Part shown: positions 1 to 9,967 of the stretch, in pieces | How the letters are laid out: every line of letters begins with the position of its first letter | Position numbering within the stretch: position 1 is the stretch's first letter | Source: a virus | Lineage: Duplodnaviria; Caudoviricetes | Length of the DNA: 64,000 bases | Strand: one strand, 5' to 3' | IMG/VR virus record: IMGVR_UViG_3300032167_007466 | Span: 1-64,000 of that record | The notes under the pieces: generated by a model | What the model was told of the DNA's origin: nothing | Database searches by the model: none | The model's input: only the letters and a program-made list of their open reading frames with translations | Translations under genes and position numbers: made by a program

Positions 1-237
1 ATGGATAAATGTCATGATAACTCAAACTGCTGTGGAACAAACTTCAGAGAAGCAGTTTGTATACATACTGATAAGGTTTTGGACAGTTGTAGAGACAAGG
101 ATTGCTTAGAAAATATAAGAGTTTACCTTACTGCTTGCGGTCAGGAAATTGTTGATAGAGCAATCAATGTAAAATGTACTAAGGCAGAAATTATATGGGT
201 ATTTTCAGATATAGAGCTTTCGAAGTACAATCTATAA
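1..237 (+). pseudogene. 5' part of a Cys-rich host gene interrupted by the prophage (last ~6 codons probably phage-derived)
   Basis: EAVCIHTDKVLDSCRDKDC resembles the N-terminus of a longer conserved Clostridia protein (from recall, not searched). The ORF ends abruptly 6 nt from the recombinase stop. Confidence 0.6.
191..237. other. probable prophage attachment junction (serine-integrase type, crossover ~213-216)
   Basis: Imperfect inverted repeat TTATA..GTA..TTC / GAA..TAC..TATAA centred near 214, directly beside the recombinase 3' end. Confidence 0.5.
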
Positions 238-243
238 AAAAAA

Positions 244-1830
244 TTAATCCCATGCCCAAAATATTTTCAATATCGGCAGGTTGGTTTGTGGGTTTATTTC
301 TCCGAATACAATTTTATCTATAACATTATCAATGATTTTTCTGTCAATGGACTGTGTTTTTAAAAAATCTTTAATAATCTGTTCAATATCCTCATTAGAA
401 GGTTTGTCCTCATTTGATAGTTCCTTTTCAATTCCAGATATTTTAAAGTTTAAATCGTTCAATTTTTTGTTATAATTTTTATTGTATTGGATGTACTGCT
501 CCAAAGAAATAATCTCATTAAGTCTGTCGCTGTATAGATGCTCCAAAGTTTTTTCTGTTTTTTGTGCTTCGTTTTTAAGTTTTTCAAGTTCAGTTATCTT
601 AAAATCTCGCCTGTCAGTTTTCTTTGTTATTTTATCCAGTATTAAATCCTCGTTAATATCATTGATAATTGCATCTTCAAATTTTTCAAATAGCTGACTC
701 TTGATTGCTTCCAATATAGTATCAATCCTTATGTTAGGCGTAATACATCTGTCTTTTGTTGCATATGCATACTTGTCTCGACATCTAAGATAGTCAATTC
801 TACCATTGACTGTTTTAGAGTGATTTTTTTGCATAGGCTTACCGCAATACGCACAAAAAACTTTACCTGATAAGATATGTACCTTTCCCGTACCAGTAGC
901 CTTTCGTTTTTTAGACAATCTTAACTGAGTTTCCTTAAACATCTCCCGGCTTATTATGGCTTCGTGCATATCATGTATAATAATTCTTTCCTCTTGTTTT
1001 ACATGCCTTACAACTTTTGATTTATAACTAACTTTTTCTTTTAAATGCTGTACTACATCACCACAATATGATTGATTATTTAAAATATCGCCAACCGTGG
1101 TAGTACTCCATGTACCATTTTCTTCTGGTTTATAAAAAAATGTTTTTCTTAAACCGTCTATTTCTTGTTGTTTTCGTGGATTTGGAATACCTCTATCATT
1201 AAGTATACGAGCTATCTTTGCTGCTCCATATCCTTGTAGATGCAATTCATATATTTCCCTTACAACAGGAGCTGTAGCGGGGTTAATCACAAGATGATTC
1301 TTACAATTTTTATCTTTTGAGTATCCATACGGCGGAAATGTTGCTAAATATTCACCTCTCTTCATTTTGTCTTTAAAAACAGCTTTAATGTTTTCAGATA
1401 AATCTTCTAAAAACCATTCATTAATAAGACTATTAATTTGTCGTGCTTTCTTATTGCCCTTGACTTCTGTATCGGCGTTGTCAATTAGGCTGACAAAACG
1501 TATTCCCCATTCTGTAAACCGTCCATGAATATACTGTTCAATCACTTCCATATTACGACTAAATCTAGACTGCGTTTTGCATAAAACAATGTTGAATTTA
1601 CCCTTTCGGGCATCTTCAATCATTCGATTAAATTCAGGACGTGTATTTTCACTTCCCGAATAAGCGCCGCTATAATCCTCGTCGCAATAAATATCGTAAA
1701 TTGCCCAACTATTTTTTATAGCATAATTTAGAAGCATTGATTTTTGGTTTTGTATTGATTCACTCTCATTATCGCCGCTATCCAAGTCTTCTTTTGATAG
1801 TCTTACATATATTGCTGTTAAATTATTCAT
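244..1830 (-). CDS. large serine recombinase (prophage integrase)
   Basis: YVRLS catalytic Ser motif, SRFSRN, PPYGY recombinase domain, CAYC..C..C zinc ribbon, coiled coil. Confidence 0.95.
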   Translation of the reverse strand: MNNLTAIYVRLSKEDLDSGDNESESIQNQKSMLLNYAIKNSWAIYDIYCDEDYSGAYSGSENTRPEFNRMIEDARKGKFNIVLCKTQSRFSRNMEVIEQYIHGRFTEWGIRFVSLIDNADTEVKGNKKARQINSLINEWFLEDLSENIKAVFKDKMKRGEYLATFPPYGYSKDKNCKNHLVINPATAPVVREIYELHLQGYGAAKIARILNDRGIPNPRKQQEIDGLRKTFFYKPEENGTWSTTTVGDILNNQSYCGDVVQHLKEKVSYKSKVVRHVKQEERIIIHDMHEAIISREMFKETQLRLSKKRKATGTGKVHILSGKVFCAYCGKPMQKNHSKTVNGRIDYLRCRDKYAYATKDRCITPNIRIDTILEAIKSQLFEKFEDAIINDINEDLILDKITKKTDRRDFKITELEKLKNEAQKTEKTLEHLYSDRLNEIISLEQYIQYNKNYNKKLNDLNFKISGIEKELSNEDKPSNEDIEQIIKDFLKTQSIDRKIIDNVIDKIVFGEINPQTNLPILKIFWAWD

Positions 1831-1849
1831 AATGTGCCTCCTTTACAAA

Positions 1850-1918
1850 AGATACACATTACATTATCTATTATAATGTTAGTATAACATATTTCTTAAA
1901 ACAATGCAATGTGTATCT
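1850..1918. promoter_or_regulatory. 16-bp inverted repeat upstream of the integrase
   Basis: AGATACACATTACATT (1850-1865) vs AATGCAATGTGTATCT (1903-1918), one mismatch. Confidence 0.55.
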
Positions 1919-1942
1919 GTATTTTTATGTAACATTTTAACT

Positions 1943-2086
1943 TTAGGTTTCTTTTATAGTTCTTATAATTGTGTTGGATATGATATTTTTTATATGTTCC
2001 TCACTTGATTTAGAATTTATATCAATTTCTTCTTTTTTTCTATTATAATGTTGGATTTCGATATTTTCGGTTCTTGAACTAATCAT
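1943..2086 (-). CDS. 47-aa protein, candidate recombination directionality factor
   Basis: MISSRTENIEIQHYNRKKEEIDINSKSSEEHIKNIISNTIIRTIKET, read manually; position next to the integrase is the only support. Confidence 0.3.
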   Translation of the reverse strand: MISSRTENIEIQHYNRKKEEIDINSKSSEEHIKNIISNTIIRTIKET

Positions 2087-2207
2087 ATAGTATTAAGCAA
2101 CCCCCTCACTTTTATTCTACAATCAAAGCCTATGTAATTTCTTCCATAATCAAAATGGTTTATTTCCTTTATTTCCTATTCTTATGAAAATATATCTTTG
2201 ATTATTC

Positions 2208-2720
2208 TTACTTTCCGCTACTTCCTAAAGCACCGTCACCTCGTTCTGAAGGTATACCCTGTAGTTCTTCAAACGTAATTTCATTACTATTCATTTCAGG
2301 GACATTATGTACAATTAGTTGCGCAATAGCCTTTTCATACGGATAATATATACATTCGCTATAAGGATAAATGTTTGGCTTATCTGCGTTTTCTTTGATT
2401 ATACATACAGGTTTAAGATTAACATTTGTAATAGCGATGAATATTTCTCCTCTATATGAACTATCTATTACTCCTGCACTATATTTCATACCTTTACTGC
2501 CAGTAGAACCTCTTTCTTGCACTTGCAAATAATAGCCACTACCTACTGCACAAGCTATACCTGTTGGCATCAATTTGGTTTCATGAGGCGGTATTAAAAC
2601 ACAACCCTCATCAAAACAGGCATATATATCATATCCTGCATCTTCATCATTCTTTGTAGGGATGATAGCATTCTCTTTTACTTTCGCCCAATATAGGCTG
2701 TTGCTTGTAATTGCTTCCAT
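2208..2720 (-). CDS. dut: dUTPase (trimeric)
   Basis: AGYDI, RGS, GVIDSSYRGE, AQL, RGDGALGSSG motifs. Confidence 0.95.
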   Translation of the reverse strand: MEAITSNSLYWAKVKENAIIPTKNDEDAGYDIYACFDEGCVLIPPHETKLMPTGIACAVGSGYYLQVQERGSTGSKGMKYSAGVIDSSYRGEIFIAITNVNLKPVCIIKENADKPNIYPYSECIYYPYEKAIAQLIVHNVPEMNSNEITFEELQGIPSERGDGALGSSGK

Positions 2721-2740
2721 ATAATTTCCCCTTTCCTATT

Positions 2741-3301
2741 TTATTTTTTTAAATATTCTGTAACAATCTCCGCTGTCAAATTCATTATATCAACACCCTC
2801 ACTATTATCAACTACGAGATCAACTTCTTTCTCAAGTCCTAAAAACATACCAAAATCACGTTCTACTCTAGCAGCAATTTCATTTTTATCGTCGAAAGTA
2901 AACTTATCTACACCGCACCTATCGATATACCTTTTTACACGAGTTCCGAGATTTGCATTTACAAGAACAGTGAATATATCATCCTCTTTGCAGTTATTCT
3001 TCAACTGTCTAACTCCGTTGGGTGTAAGAACAACTACTTTATTGCCTATCTTATAATCTTGTTTTAACGTGCCATACAAGCGTCCTTGTGAATACTCATC
3101 GTATTCTGCCATTTCCCCGCTATTCATTAATTTTATGAAATCATCATTTGAAATGAAATGATAATCAACTCCATTTTTTTCGTGCTCTCTGGGTTTTCTT
3201 GTAGTGTATGATATAATTTTGTCAAATCCGTGATTAGTTGACAATTCTTGCTCAATTGTTGATTTGCCGGAGCCTGATGCTCCAATTAATGCAATAATCA
3301 T
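2741..3301 (-). CDS. gmk: guanylate kinase-like
   Basis: GASGSGKS P-loop, SYTTRKPR, E.NGVDYHF, YGT; start at MIIALIG. Confidence 0.9.
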   Translation of the reverse strand: MIIALIGASGSGKSTIEQELSTNHGFDKIISYTTRKPREHEKNGVDYHFISNDDFIKLMNSGEMAEYDEYSQGRLYGTLKQDYKIGNKVVVLTPNGVRQLKNNCKEDDIFTVLVNANLGTRVKRYIDRCGVDKFTFDDKNEIAARVERDFGMFLGLEKEVDLVVDNSEGVDIMNLTAEIVTEYLKK

Positions 3302-3392
3302 GTATTGTTCCTTTCTTTGTTTTGTTTGTAATAAGACAATAGCCATTTATATAGATTATTTAGTAAACAGCTATTATCTTATTAATTTTACT

Positions 3393-5549
3393 TTACATAC
3401 TTATTCTATCTTTGATTTCGGCATTTTTAGGCTCGTTATATCTTGTTTCCCCATGAACTCTCGTAAAGCCAAGGTATCCATTCATACGGTCTATCTTTGT
3501 TATTTTACTGCTGTTACACTTCGGACAAACATTCATTTCTACTTGCTGATATCCGCAATCTTCACAATAACACATTGCAAGATTTACACCTTCATAGAAA
3601 CCTTTATCCATAGCCCTTAATACCAGTGTTTTTATTGCCTCTTTATTATACCCTAAATTGTATCTACAATATTGGATTTTGCCACCATTAAAATAACCCC
3701 AGAAACGTTCTTCTTTATCTTGTTTTTCTATAGGCGACATATCTTCAGAAACATGACAATGGAAACTGTTACTCACATAAGGCTTATCTGATACATTTTC
3801 GATAATGCCGTACATCTTACGGAATTGTTCTACTTGCAATCCACAAAGTGATTCTGCCGGAGTTCCGTATATAGCATAAAGTATTTGGTCTTCTTCTTTA
3901 ATTCTGTCAACATAGTTTTGTATATATTGCATTACTTCTAAAGCAAATTCACCATCTTCTCTAATTGATTTACCATTATATAATCTTTGCAATTCGTTAA
4001 GAGCTGTGATGCCATAACTAATTGTCATGGGTGGAAGAATTGACTTAATTTTTTCTTCTGGCTTTAAATTACCGCCATATAAACCGCCTTCGCAGAACAT
4101 TACTGGGTTTGTAGATGCTCTTAATTCGCCCAAATAATCAATAGTTCTCTTGTGATGATTTCTAATAAGTTCAAGATAATAGTCCAATACTTCATAAAAA
4201 TCCCTACTTTCTTGTCTTGATTTAGCAAGTATCATAGGCAAGTTTAAAGAAATCACGCCACAATTAAATCTCCCTTCAAATACTGGAATATCATTCTCGT
4301 CTGCTGGATGCATACCACCTCTTTCATACCAAGGTGATAGAAATGCCCGGCAGCCCATGGGACTAACCACTTGACCATATCTCTTATACATTTCGGACAC
4401 ATATCCATTACCAGTTAAAGATAACCAGTCAGGATACATTGTCTTACTGCTACAATCAATACCTGCATTGAATACATCTGCGTTAGGAAATTCTTTAGAA
4501 CCATCACCATGAAGTTCTTTATCATACAAGAATACAATCTTTGGGAATAATACTGGTCGTTTAAATCCCTTTTTTCCTTGTCCTTTTCTATGAACATTTA
4601 ACAAAGTTATTGCTGCCATCTTGCCAAATTTATCGGTAGCTAAACCCAAAGTCATAGTAACGAATGGGTAATCACCTCTCGAAGAACCTACTGTATTCAG
4701 TTTGTATTCAATTCCTTGCCAACCCTGTTCAAAATCTCGTTTAATTTTTTTCATTGCATACTTACAAGCCTTGTCAGAATGTATTTCTACTGATTGTTCG
4801 TATTCAATTTCGTCAGCTATTTGTAAATACTCTTCAAAATATTTTTTATAAGATTTTTCTGCATATGGTGATAGAATTTTATCTACTTCAGGTATGGTGT
4901 AGCCACCATATTCTTGAGCAGCAGTGGAAAGAATAATGTCTCCCATAACGTCAAAAGCTGTATCAAGTGAATTTGGTTCGTTATACCAAACATTACCCAT
5001 TTCAAATCCATCTTTCATGATTTCACCAATCTTAGAAAGACAGCAATTCCAAGTATCGAGTCTTGCACTTTTGTCGTGTATGTATATATATCCATCCTTC
5101 ATAGCTTGTTTTTCATCAAGTGTTAAGAAAAACTTTTCATACAATTCGCTACTCAATTCATTGTATATAAGACTTCTTTTTGTAGCAACCAAGGCTGAAT
5201 CGGTGTTGGCATTGCTCTTGTCTCCGATATACCTAATCGTTTGGCTTCTTGCATATACCTTGTCCATCATATGTACAAAGTCTTTTTTATAGTTTCTATA
5301 TTCCTTATACATCTTTGCAACCAATGGGTAATGTTCTTCTAAGACAGCTTCAACGATGTTATGCATATCATAAATTTCCGTATCTTCTAAGTCATTTTCA
5401 ATTAATTTATCCCATACGGCATTGCAAATAATTTGGTAGTCTTTATCTAAAAGTTCAACCATTGCACGTCTTGCAGCCTTATTGCATGCATTTATTATTT
5501 TTTGTTCATCGTATTGCTCTAATGTTCCATCTTTTTTTATAATTTGCAA
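3393..5549 (-). CDS. nrdD: anaerobic (class III) ribonucleoside-triphosphate reductase
   Basis: ATP cone, MGCR, TPAESL, CxxC..CxxC, RMNGYLG glycyl-radical loop. Confidence 0.95.
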   Translation of the reverse strand: MQIIKKDGTLEQYDEQKIINACNKAARRAMVELLDKDYQIICNAVWDKLIENDLEDTEIYDMHNIVEAVLEEHYPLVAKMYKEYRNYKKDFVHMMDKVYARSQTIRYIGDKSNANTDSALVATKRSLIYNELSSELYEKFFLTLDEKQAMKDGYIYIHDKSARLDTWNCCLSKIGEIMKDGFEMGNVWYNEPNSLDTAFDVMGDIILSTAAQEYGGYTIPEVDKILSPYAEKSYKKYFEEYLQIADEIEYEQSVEIHSDKACKYAMKKIKRDFEQGWQGIEYKLNTVGSSRGDYPFVTMTLGLATDKFGKMAAITLLNVHRKGQGKKGFKRPVLFPKIVFLYDKELHGDGSKEFPNADVFNAGIDCSSKTMYPDWLSLTGNGYVSEMYKRYGQVVSPMGCRAFLSPWYERGGMHPADENDIPVFEGRFNCGVISLNLPMILAKSRQESRDFYEVLDYYLELIRNHHKRTIDYLGELRASTNPVMFCEGGLYGGNLKPEEKIKSILPPMTISYGITALNELQRLYNGKSIREDGEFALEVMQYIQNYVDRIKEEDQILYAIYGTPAESLCGLQVEQFRKMYGIIENVSDKPYVSNSFHCHVSEDMSPIEKQDKEERFWGYFNGGKIQYCRYNLGYNKEAIKTLVLRAMDKGFYEGVNLAMCYCEDCGYQQVEMNVCPKCNSSKITKIDRMNGYLGFTRVHGETRYNEPKNAEIKDRISM

Positions 5550-5704
5550 TAGTCATTCCCCTCTCTTTGTTTTATGATATTGGAGCAAAGTTCACATTCT
5601 TCACAGTCACCCAACTGCCAATCGTCACATAAGTCGCATAACTGCTTTTCATCTTCGGATAGATTATTGTAAAAATCTTCTCTGCTTATCATGTAAACTT
5701 CCCC

Positions 5705-6142
5705 TTACTTTAAATAGAAATCTTCTATGTAATCTAACATCTCATCAATGTTATTAAATATTCTCTCTGTCATACAAATCTGCCAAGGATGAATATTTTG
5801 TTTTTCTGTGTCAAGTCCAATAACCGGTATTCCTCTATCATAAGCTATAGCAAGCTCTGCCATCGAACCTAGAGAATACATATCATTGAAATTAATGATT
5901 ACTAAATCTGAGCTACGAAGTTTATACAAATCGAAATCCATAATTTCTCTTTCAGAAGCATACCTCGGAGGTTCGTCAACAAAATTGAAGTAGTCATTTG
6001 GATTTATAACGTTAACCTTATAATCACATTCGCAATTTTCCAAAGTTGATTTACAGTAATTTCTCCAATCATTTGCCTTATCAAATTCATCTTTGCCAAA
6101 CTTCCCCATTCCACCGGCAGTATAAATTTTAAATGTTTTCAT
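5705..6142 (-). CDS. nucleoside 2-deoxyribosyltransferase-like protein
   Basis: IYTAGGM, INPND, DL..L..SD, GSMAELAIA..GIPV pattern. Confidence 0.75.
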   Translation of the reverse strand: MKTFKIYTAGGMGKFGKDEFDKANDWRNYCKSTLENCECDYKVNVINPNDYFNFVDEPPRYASEREIMDFDLYKLRSSDLVIINFNDMYSLGSMAELAIAYDRGIPVIGLDTEKQNIHPWQICMTERIFNNIDEMLDYIEDFYLK

Positions 6143-6153
6143 ACAATCTCCTT

Positions 6154-6903
6154 CTAATTTTCTATCGATAACACGTATTCTCTTGTGATTTGGTTATGAA
6201 AATTAGAAATTTGACACATAACCGATTCAGCCCATTCCTTAACCTCTGGGTTCGCGCCGCCATCTTGGTTACGCTCCTTGAATACATGACCAAACTCAGT
6301 GATATTAATTTTAGAGATAAAATTGCTCGGAATACTAAGCATATATAAACCTCTCTTAACATCTTTGTTGTTTTTATATTCCTCTTTTATATATCCATTA
6401 GGTGCTTTAATATATTTGCAATCGTTATATATAATTTCTCCTGGCATATCAATTCCAAGAACACATTTAAGAGCTTTTGCATCTGTTATTATCTTGTCTT
6501 CATAGTATTTAGACATTTCTCCTTCTTCAAATTCAGCAAGTCGAGTACTGCTACGAATGATGCGATTGTCAAATCTTTTTGCGTGTGCATCCACATCATC
6601 TTGTCCTGCTCTATGAATCCCTTCAGTCATTATGGAAACATCTATATAACGTAGTAGTGTTATATGTTTTCTCCCCATTCGCAAAAGCATAGTCAACCAA
6701 TTATTGAACTTATCTTTCAACTCTTTAAATTCGGGTGAAATATCATATATATCTGACGATTTAATTCGCCCAGTTTTATCTAATACAGTTCTGCAAACCA
6801 TTCTAATTTCTTCATCAAGTTTAGGTGTCCAACTTCTCTTGCTTATATACATCGCTACAAAGGCATCTTCGAAACCTGTAATACTATTAATTTTAACCTT
6901 CAA
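6154..6903 (-). CDS. divergent ThyX (flavin-dependent thymidylate synthase)-like protein
   Basis: HITLLRY..V....EGIHRA, SSTR and N..EF.H....R...ANPEV track the ThyX layout; canonical RHR motif absent. Confidence 0.55.
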   Translation of the reverse strand: MKVKINSITGFEDAFVAMYISKRSWTPKLDEEIRMVCRTVLDKTGRIKSSDIYDISPEFKELKDKFNNWLTMLLRMGRKHITLLRYIDVSIMTEGIHRAGQDDVDAHAKRFDNRIIRSSTRLAEFEEGEMSKYYEDKIITDAKALKCVLGIDMPGEIIYNDCKYIKAPNGYIKEEYKNNKDVKRGLYMLSIPSNFISKINITEFGHVFKERNQDGGANPEVKEWAESVMCQISNFHNQITREYVLSIEN

Positions 6904-6913
6904 TATAACCCAC

Positions 6914-7144
6914 CTACTCTGCTATGTATTTTTTCATCTCTTCTTTTACTGTGTCTGGTATATCTCCGTCAAATTCCACTCTTATTGAATTTGATAAGTC
7001 CAAACTGTATATTCCCATTAACGATTTCCCGTCTATTATGTATCTGCCGCTATAAATGGTTACGTCACCAGTACACATATTTGTCAATCGAACGAAGTCA
7101 TTAATTTCAGTTACATTGCTCAGTTTTATAGCACTTTCTATCAT
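6914..7144 (-). CDS. HPr-family protein lacking His15
   Basis: FV......DVTIYSGRYIIDGKSLMGIYSLDL; Ser46-equivalent KS present. Confidence 0.85.
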   Translation of the reverse strand: MIESAIKLSNVTEINDFVRLTNMCTGDVTIYSGRYIIDGKSLMGIYSLDLSNSIRVEFDGDIPDTVKEEMKKYIAE

Positions 7145-7331
7145 TTTCGTCTTGTTCCTTTCTTTTCTTGAATCTATATAATATTTCCTTTAATTCCTGT
7201 TGCGAAGCTTTTCTTGTAATTACTTTTCCGCATTCTTCCTCATATCTTTCCACTTGATTAGTAACGTCACACGCTCCTAATCTTTGTCTTCTAGAATTTT
7301 GACTCAACAATTCACCTCCCTTACTATTCAC
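7107..7331 (-). CDS. hypothetical protein
   Basis: Co-oriented ORF with RBS. Confidence 0.55.
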   Translation of the reverse strand: MNSKGGELLSQNSRRQRLGACDVTNQVERYEEECGKVITRKASQQELKEILYRFKKRKEQDENDRKCYKTEQCN

Positions 7332-7549
7332 TTTAAAATTTCTGTAAGATATTTATTGAAATCTAAAGGATTGGGAGATTTTGTAATTTCTGTTCTGATA
7401 CCAGCATTAATTGATATTAAATAATACTTCTCTCTTAACTGATTCTTTGTTACTATTAAATATCTAAGGTTATCATTTTTATCAAATATTTTCACCCAAC
7501 AAATCTCCTTATGTTTCAAAAACTTCTTATAATCCTGCTTGTTCATCAA
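7328..7549 (-). CDS. hypothetical protein
   Basis: Co-oriented, tightly packed ORF. Confidence 0.6.
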   Translation of the reverse strand: MMNKQDYKKFLKHKEICWVKIFDKNDNLRYLIVTKNQLREKYYLISINAGIRTEITKSPNPLDFNKYLTEILK

Positions 7550-7560
7550 TAAACCCTCTT

Positions 7561-7785
7561 TTATTTCATGTGCTTGTTTATATAAGATTCAACATTTTTG
7601 AAGATTGTAATCAATAGCAATACGACAGAAGGCATAAAAAATATTTTTATCAAGCACTCTAATACTGAGGTTTCTTTCGATATAAGCATTGATAACGGCT
7701 GAATAAATAATTCGAATATGCCAAAATAAAGAGTAATTATCCAACCTATTGCCCTAATTATCTCACAAACAATAAATTTCTTCAT
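7561..7785 (-). CDS. small membrane protein
   Basis: Two hydrophobic segments. Confidence 0.6.
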   Translation of the reverse strand: MKKFIVCEIIRAIGWIITLYFGIFELFIQPLSMLISKETSVLECLIKIFFMPSVVLLLITIFKNVESYINKHMK

Positions 7786-7973
7786 TATTGTTTCTCCCTC
7801 TCTATGCAGTGTTCACAACCTACGTATTCGTCACGAATATCAGAATAATATAGATATTCTGGATTTTCAGTTTCACACACAGGACACTTTGTGCCTTCAT
7901 CTTCTATGTAATCTCTACCTAAACGGTCTCGTTCCATAATCTCGATTGCCCTTGGGTCATCTGCTCTTACCAT
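7785..7973 (-). CDS. small zinc-finger protein
   Basis: CPVC...CEHC; start MVRADD after GGAGG. Confidence 0.65.
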   Translation of the reverse strand: MVRADDPRAIEIMERDRLGRDYIEDEGTKCPVCETENPEYLYYSDIRDEYVGCEHCIEREKQ

Positions 7974-8157
7974 TGAGTTTATCCCTCCATTCTTTTTGCC
8001 TTTTTTTAGTTTCAAACCAGTCCTTAATACTGCTAAAAATGTTACTGATTTTTTCAGCAACAATACACACAATAATAAGTATTAGTATCATAAATAGCAA
8101 TTGTGCTCTTTCGAAATTCACAATCACACCTCCTTGAAAGACTTGTTTTATTGACAA
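7957..8157 (-). CDS. small single-TM protein
   Basis: Hydrophobic stretch then basic tail; real start probably a downstream GTG. Confidence 0.5.
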   Translation of the reverse strand: MSIKQVFQGGVIVNFERAQLLFMILILIIVCIVAEKISNIFSSIKDWFETKKRQKEWRDKLNGKSR

Positions 8158-8534
8158 ATTGTGCCGTTTTCAATAACATCATTGAAGAATTCTACGACCT
8201 CTTCCTCTCCGTTAAACACATATTTGCTATCCCAAAATTCCATATGTTTCTTTAAAAACTTAATAATATGCTTTTTAAAAAGATCTGTCGGATATTCATA
8301 CGTAAATTTTCGACGGACATCATTTAATAATTGCTCAACTCTCATAGCGGATGAAACAGCACCAAAATAATTAAATGTTACGTTAAGAACGCCCATCTTC
8401 TCAGTCTTAAATCTTGTTGTAAGGTTATAGTCCATCCAATCGTAATCATTAAGCTGAAGATATGTGTTAGTTCTGTCGTCTTCAATGTCATTGCTGAAAA
8501 TCAAATCTTCACTTTTTATTTTTTCTAAATTCAA
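8148..8534 (-). CDS. hypothetical protein bounded by two dyad sites
   Basis: RBS GAAAGGGG; sites at 8555-8570 and 8135-8150. Confidence 0.75.
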   Translation of the reverse strand: MNLEKIKSEDLIFSNDIEDDRTNTYLQLNDYDWMDYNLTTRFKTEKMGVLNVTFNYFGAVSSAMRVEQLLNDVRRKFTYEYPTDLFKKHIIKFLKKHMEFWDSKYVFNGEEEVVEFFNDVIENGTICQ

Positions 8535-8567
8535 GATTTACCCCTTTCTCACTTTAAAAGCGTGGTT

Positions 8568-9542
8568 TTATTGGCAAAATATCTGGCTCAAGATACAAGC
8601 AATAATATCAACAGTCCAGCCATTCCCGATACAACGGTATCTTGCTGTATCGCTAACACCTTCAGTATAATTATCTGGCAATGTCTGAAGTCTTTCACAT
8701 TCTAACGGAGTTACTTTGCGAATACAATTTTTAAAGTTCTCAAGAGTAAGTTCCTTTGCCTTTCCCTCAATCACAAGACTTGGAATATGACCTCCGCCTT
8801 TTGCTGTTCTAATAGTTACTGATTTGTTCAAATGAACTCTCGGTCTCTTCTCCTTAAATCCGCCATAAATATTAGACAATTCGATAGCTTTAAACACCAT
8901 TTGTCCCTGATATTTTTTAAAGTATTCACGATGAGTAGTTCTACCAATAGATGCAATAATAGCATGCGCCTTATCTCTATCTACAAGAGCATCAGGCAAT
9001 ACAACATCTTCAAGTAAAATACCTCTATCTTCAGGCAACTCGATTTCAATCTTACTGTATGTACCGTCGATATTTCTTTTACCAACCCAATATAATCTTT
9101 TTCTATCTTGTGCTGATACCAAATTACTATTTATTAATTGCGGTTCAAGTCCAAGGCACTGATTGATTATATCAATGTATTGTTTTTTCATTGGCGTGTT
9201 TTCGAATAAAAAGTATTTTGGTTGCACTTCCCTTAATGCTCTTACAAACTCAAAAAACAGTTTGCTACGTGGGTCTTCAAAGTTCAATTGCTTACCTGCA
9301 AATGAAAATCCTTGGCATGGACTGCCACCCATCAAGATATCAAATCCCACATATTGAGTGAAGTCCGCCGTTGTAACATCGCCATAGCGTTCTATATCAG
9401 ACCAATTATTTTGGCTGACCTTTATAGCATCTGGGTCAATTTCATAGGCGGCGTATCTCTTTAATGGAATTTTTGCTCTGTCAAAAGCAACTCTTCCACA
9501 AGACACTCCGTCAAATAAACTTACTGCATTTATTTCTTTCAA
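8568..9542 (-). CDS. dcm: DNA (cytosine-5) methyltransferase
   Basis: SLFDG, GGSPCQGFS, FEN, Q.R.R, ERLQ, GNGW motifs. Confidence 0.93.
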   Translation of the reverse strand: MKEINAVSLFDGVSCGRVAFDRAKIPLKRYAAYEIDPDAIKVSQNNWSDIERYGDVTTADFTQYVGFDILMGGSPCQGFSFAGKQLNFEDPRSKLFFEFVRALREVQPKYFLFENTPMKKQYIDIINQCLGLEPQLINSNLVSAQDRKRLYWVGKRNIDGTYSKIEIELPEDRGILLEDVVLPDALVDRDKAHAIIASIGRTTHREYFKKYQGQMVFKAIELSNIYGGFKEKRPRVHLNKSVTIRTAKGGGHIPSLVIEGKAKELTLENFKNCIRKVTPLECERLQTLPDNYTEGVSDTARYRCIGNGWTVDIIACILSQIFCQ

Positions 9543-9636
9543 TAATCACATTGGAGTAAACTATAGTTTGATGTCCGGACAAACCTCTTTCCTCCTTCTG
9601 TAATTTTGTTTACAATATATTATTCTCTCTTTGTTA

Positions 9637-9933
9637 TTAAATTTTGTTCCAAATTTCTGCGTTATCTATAATCATGCGAAACCTACTATAACAACTTGAA
9701 CACACTCGTTTCAGAATGTGTTCAGGAAAACCATCTCTCGAAATATCAATGCTATATGTCGGCTCAGTTTCTCTGATAGACAAATGACAACAATCACAGG
9801 TTGTATATTTGTAAATAGGTCTCATGTGAATATCGTGAGATCCACAAACAGGACAACACTCTTCACCATCATTATCTATTTCGGTCTCGTCTGAACGCCT
9901 ATGGCAATTCTTACATATATAATAGAAATCCAT
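9637..9933 (-). CDS. zinc-finger protein
   Basis: Four CxxC pairs. Confidence 0.7.
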   Translation of the reverse strand: MDFYYICKNCHRRSDETEIDNDGEECCPVCGSHDIHMRPIYKYTTCDCCHLSIRETEPTYSIDISRDGFPEHILKRVCSSCYSRFRMIIDNAEIWNKI

Positions 9934-9967
9934 TTTAGCCTCCTATTTCGTCAATAAAACGAGCGTT

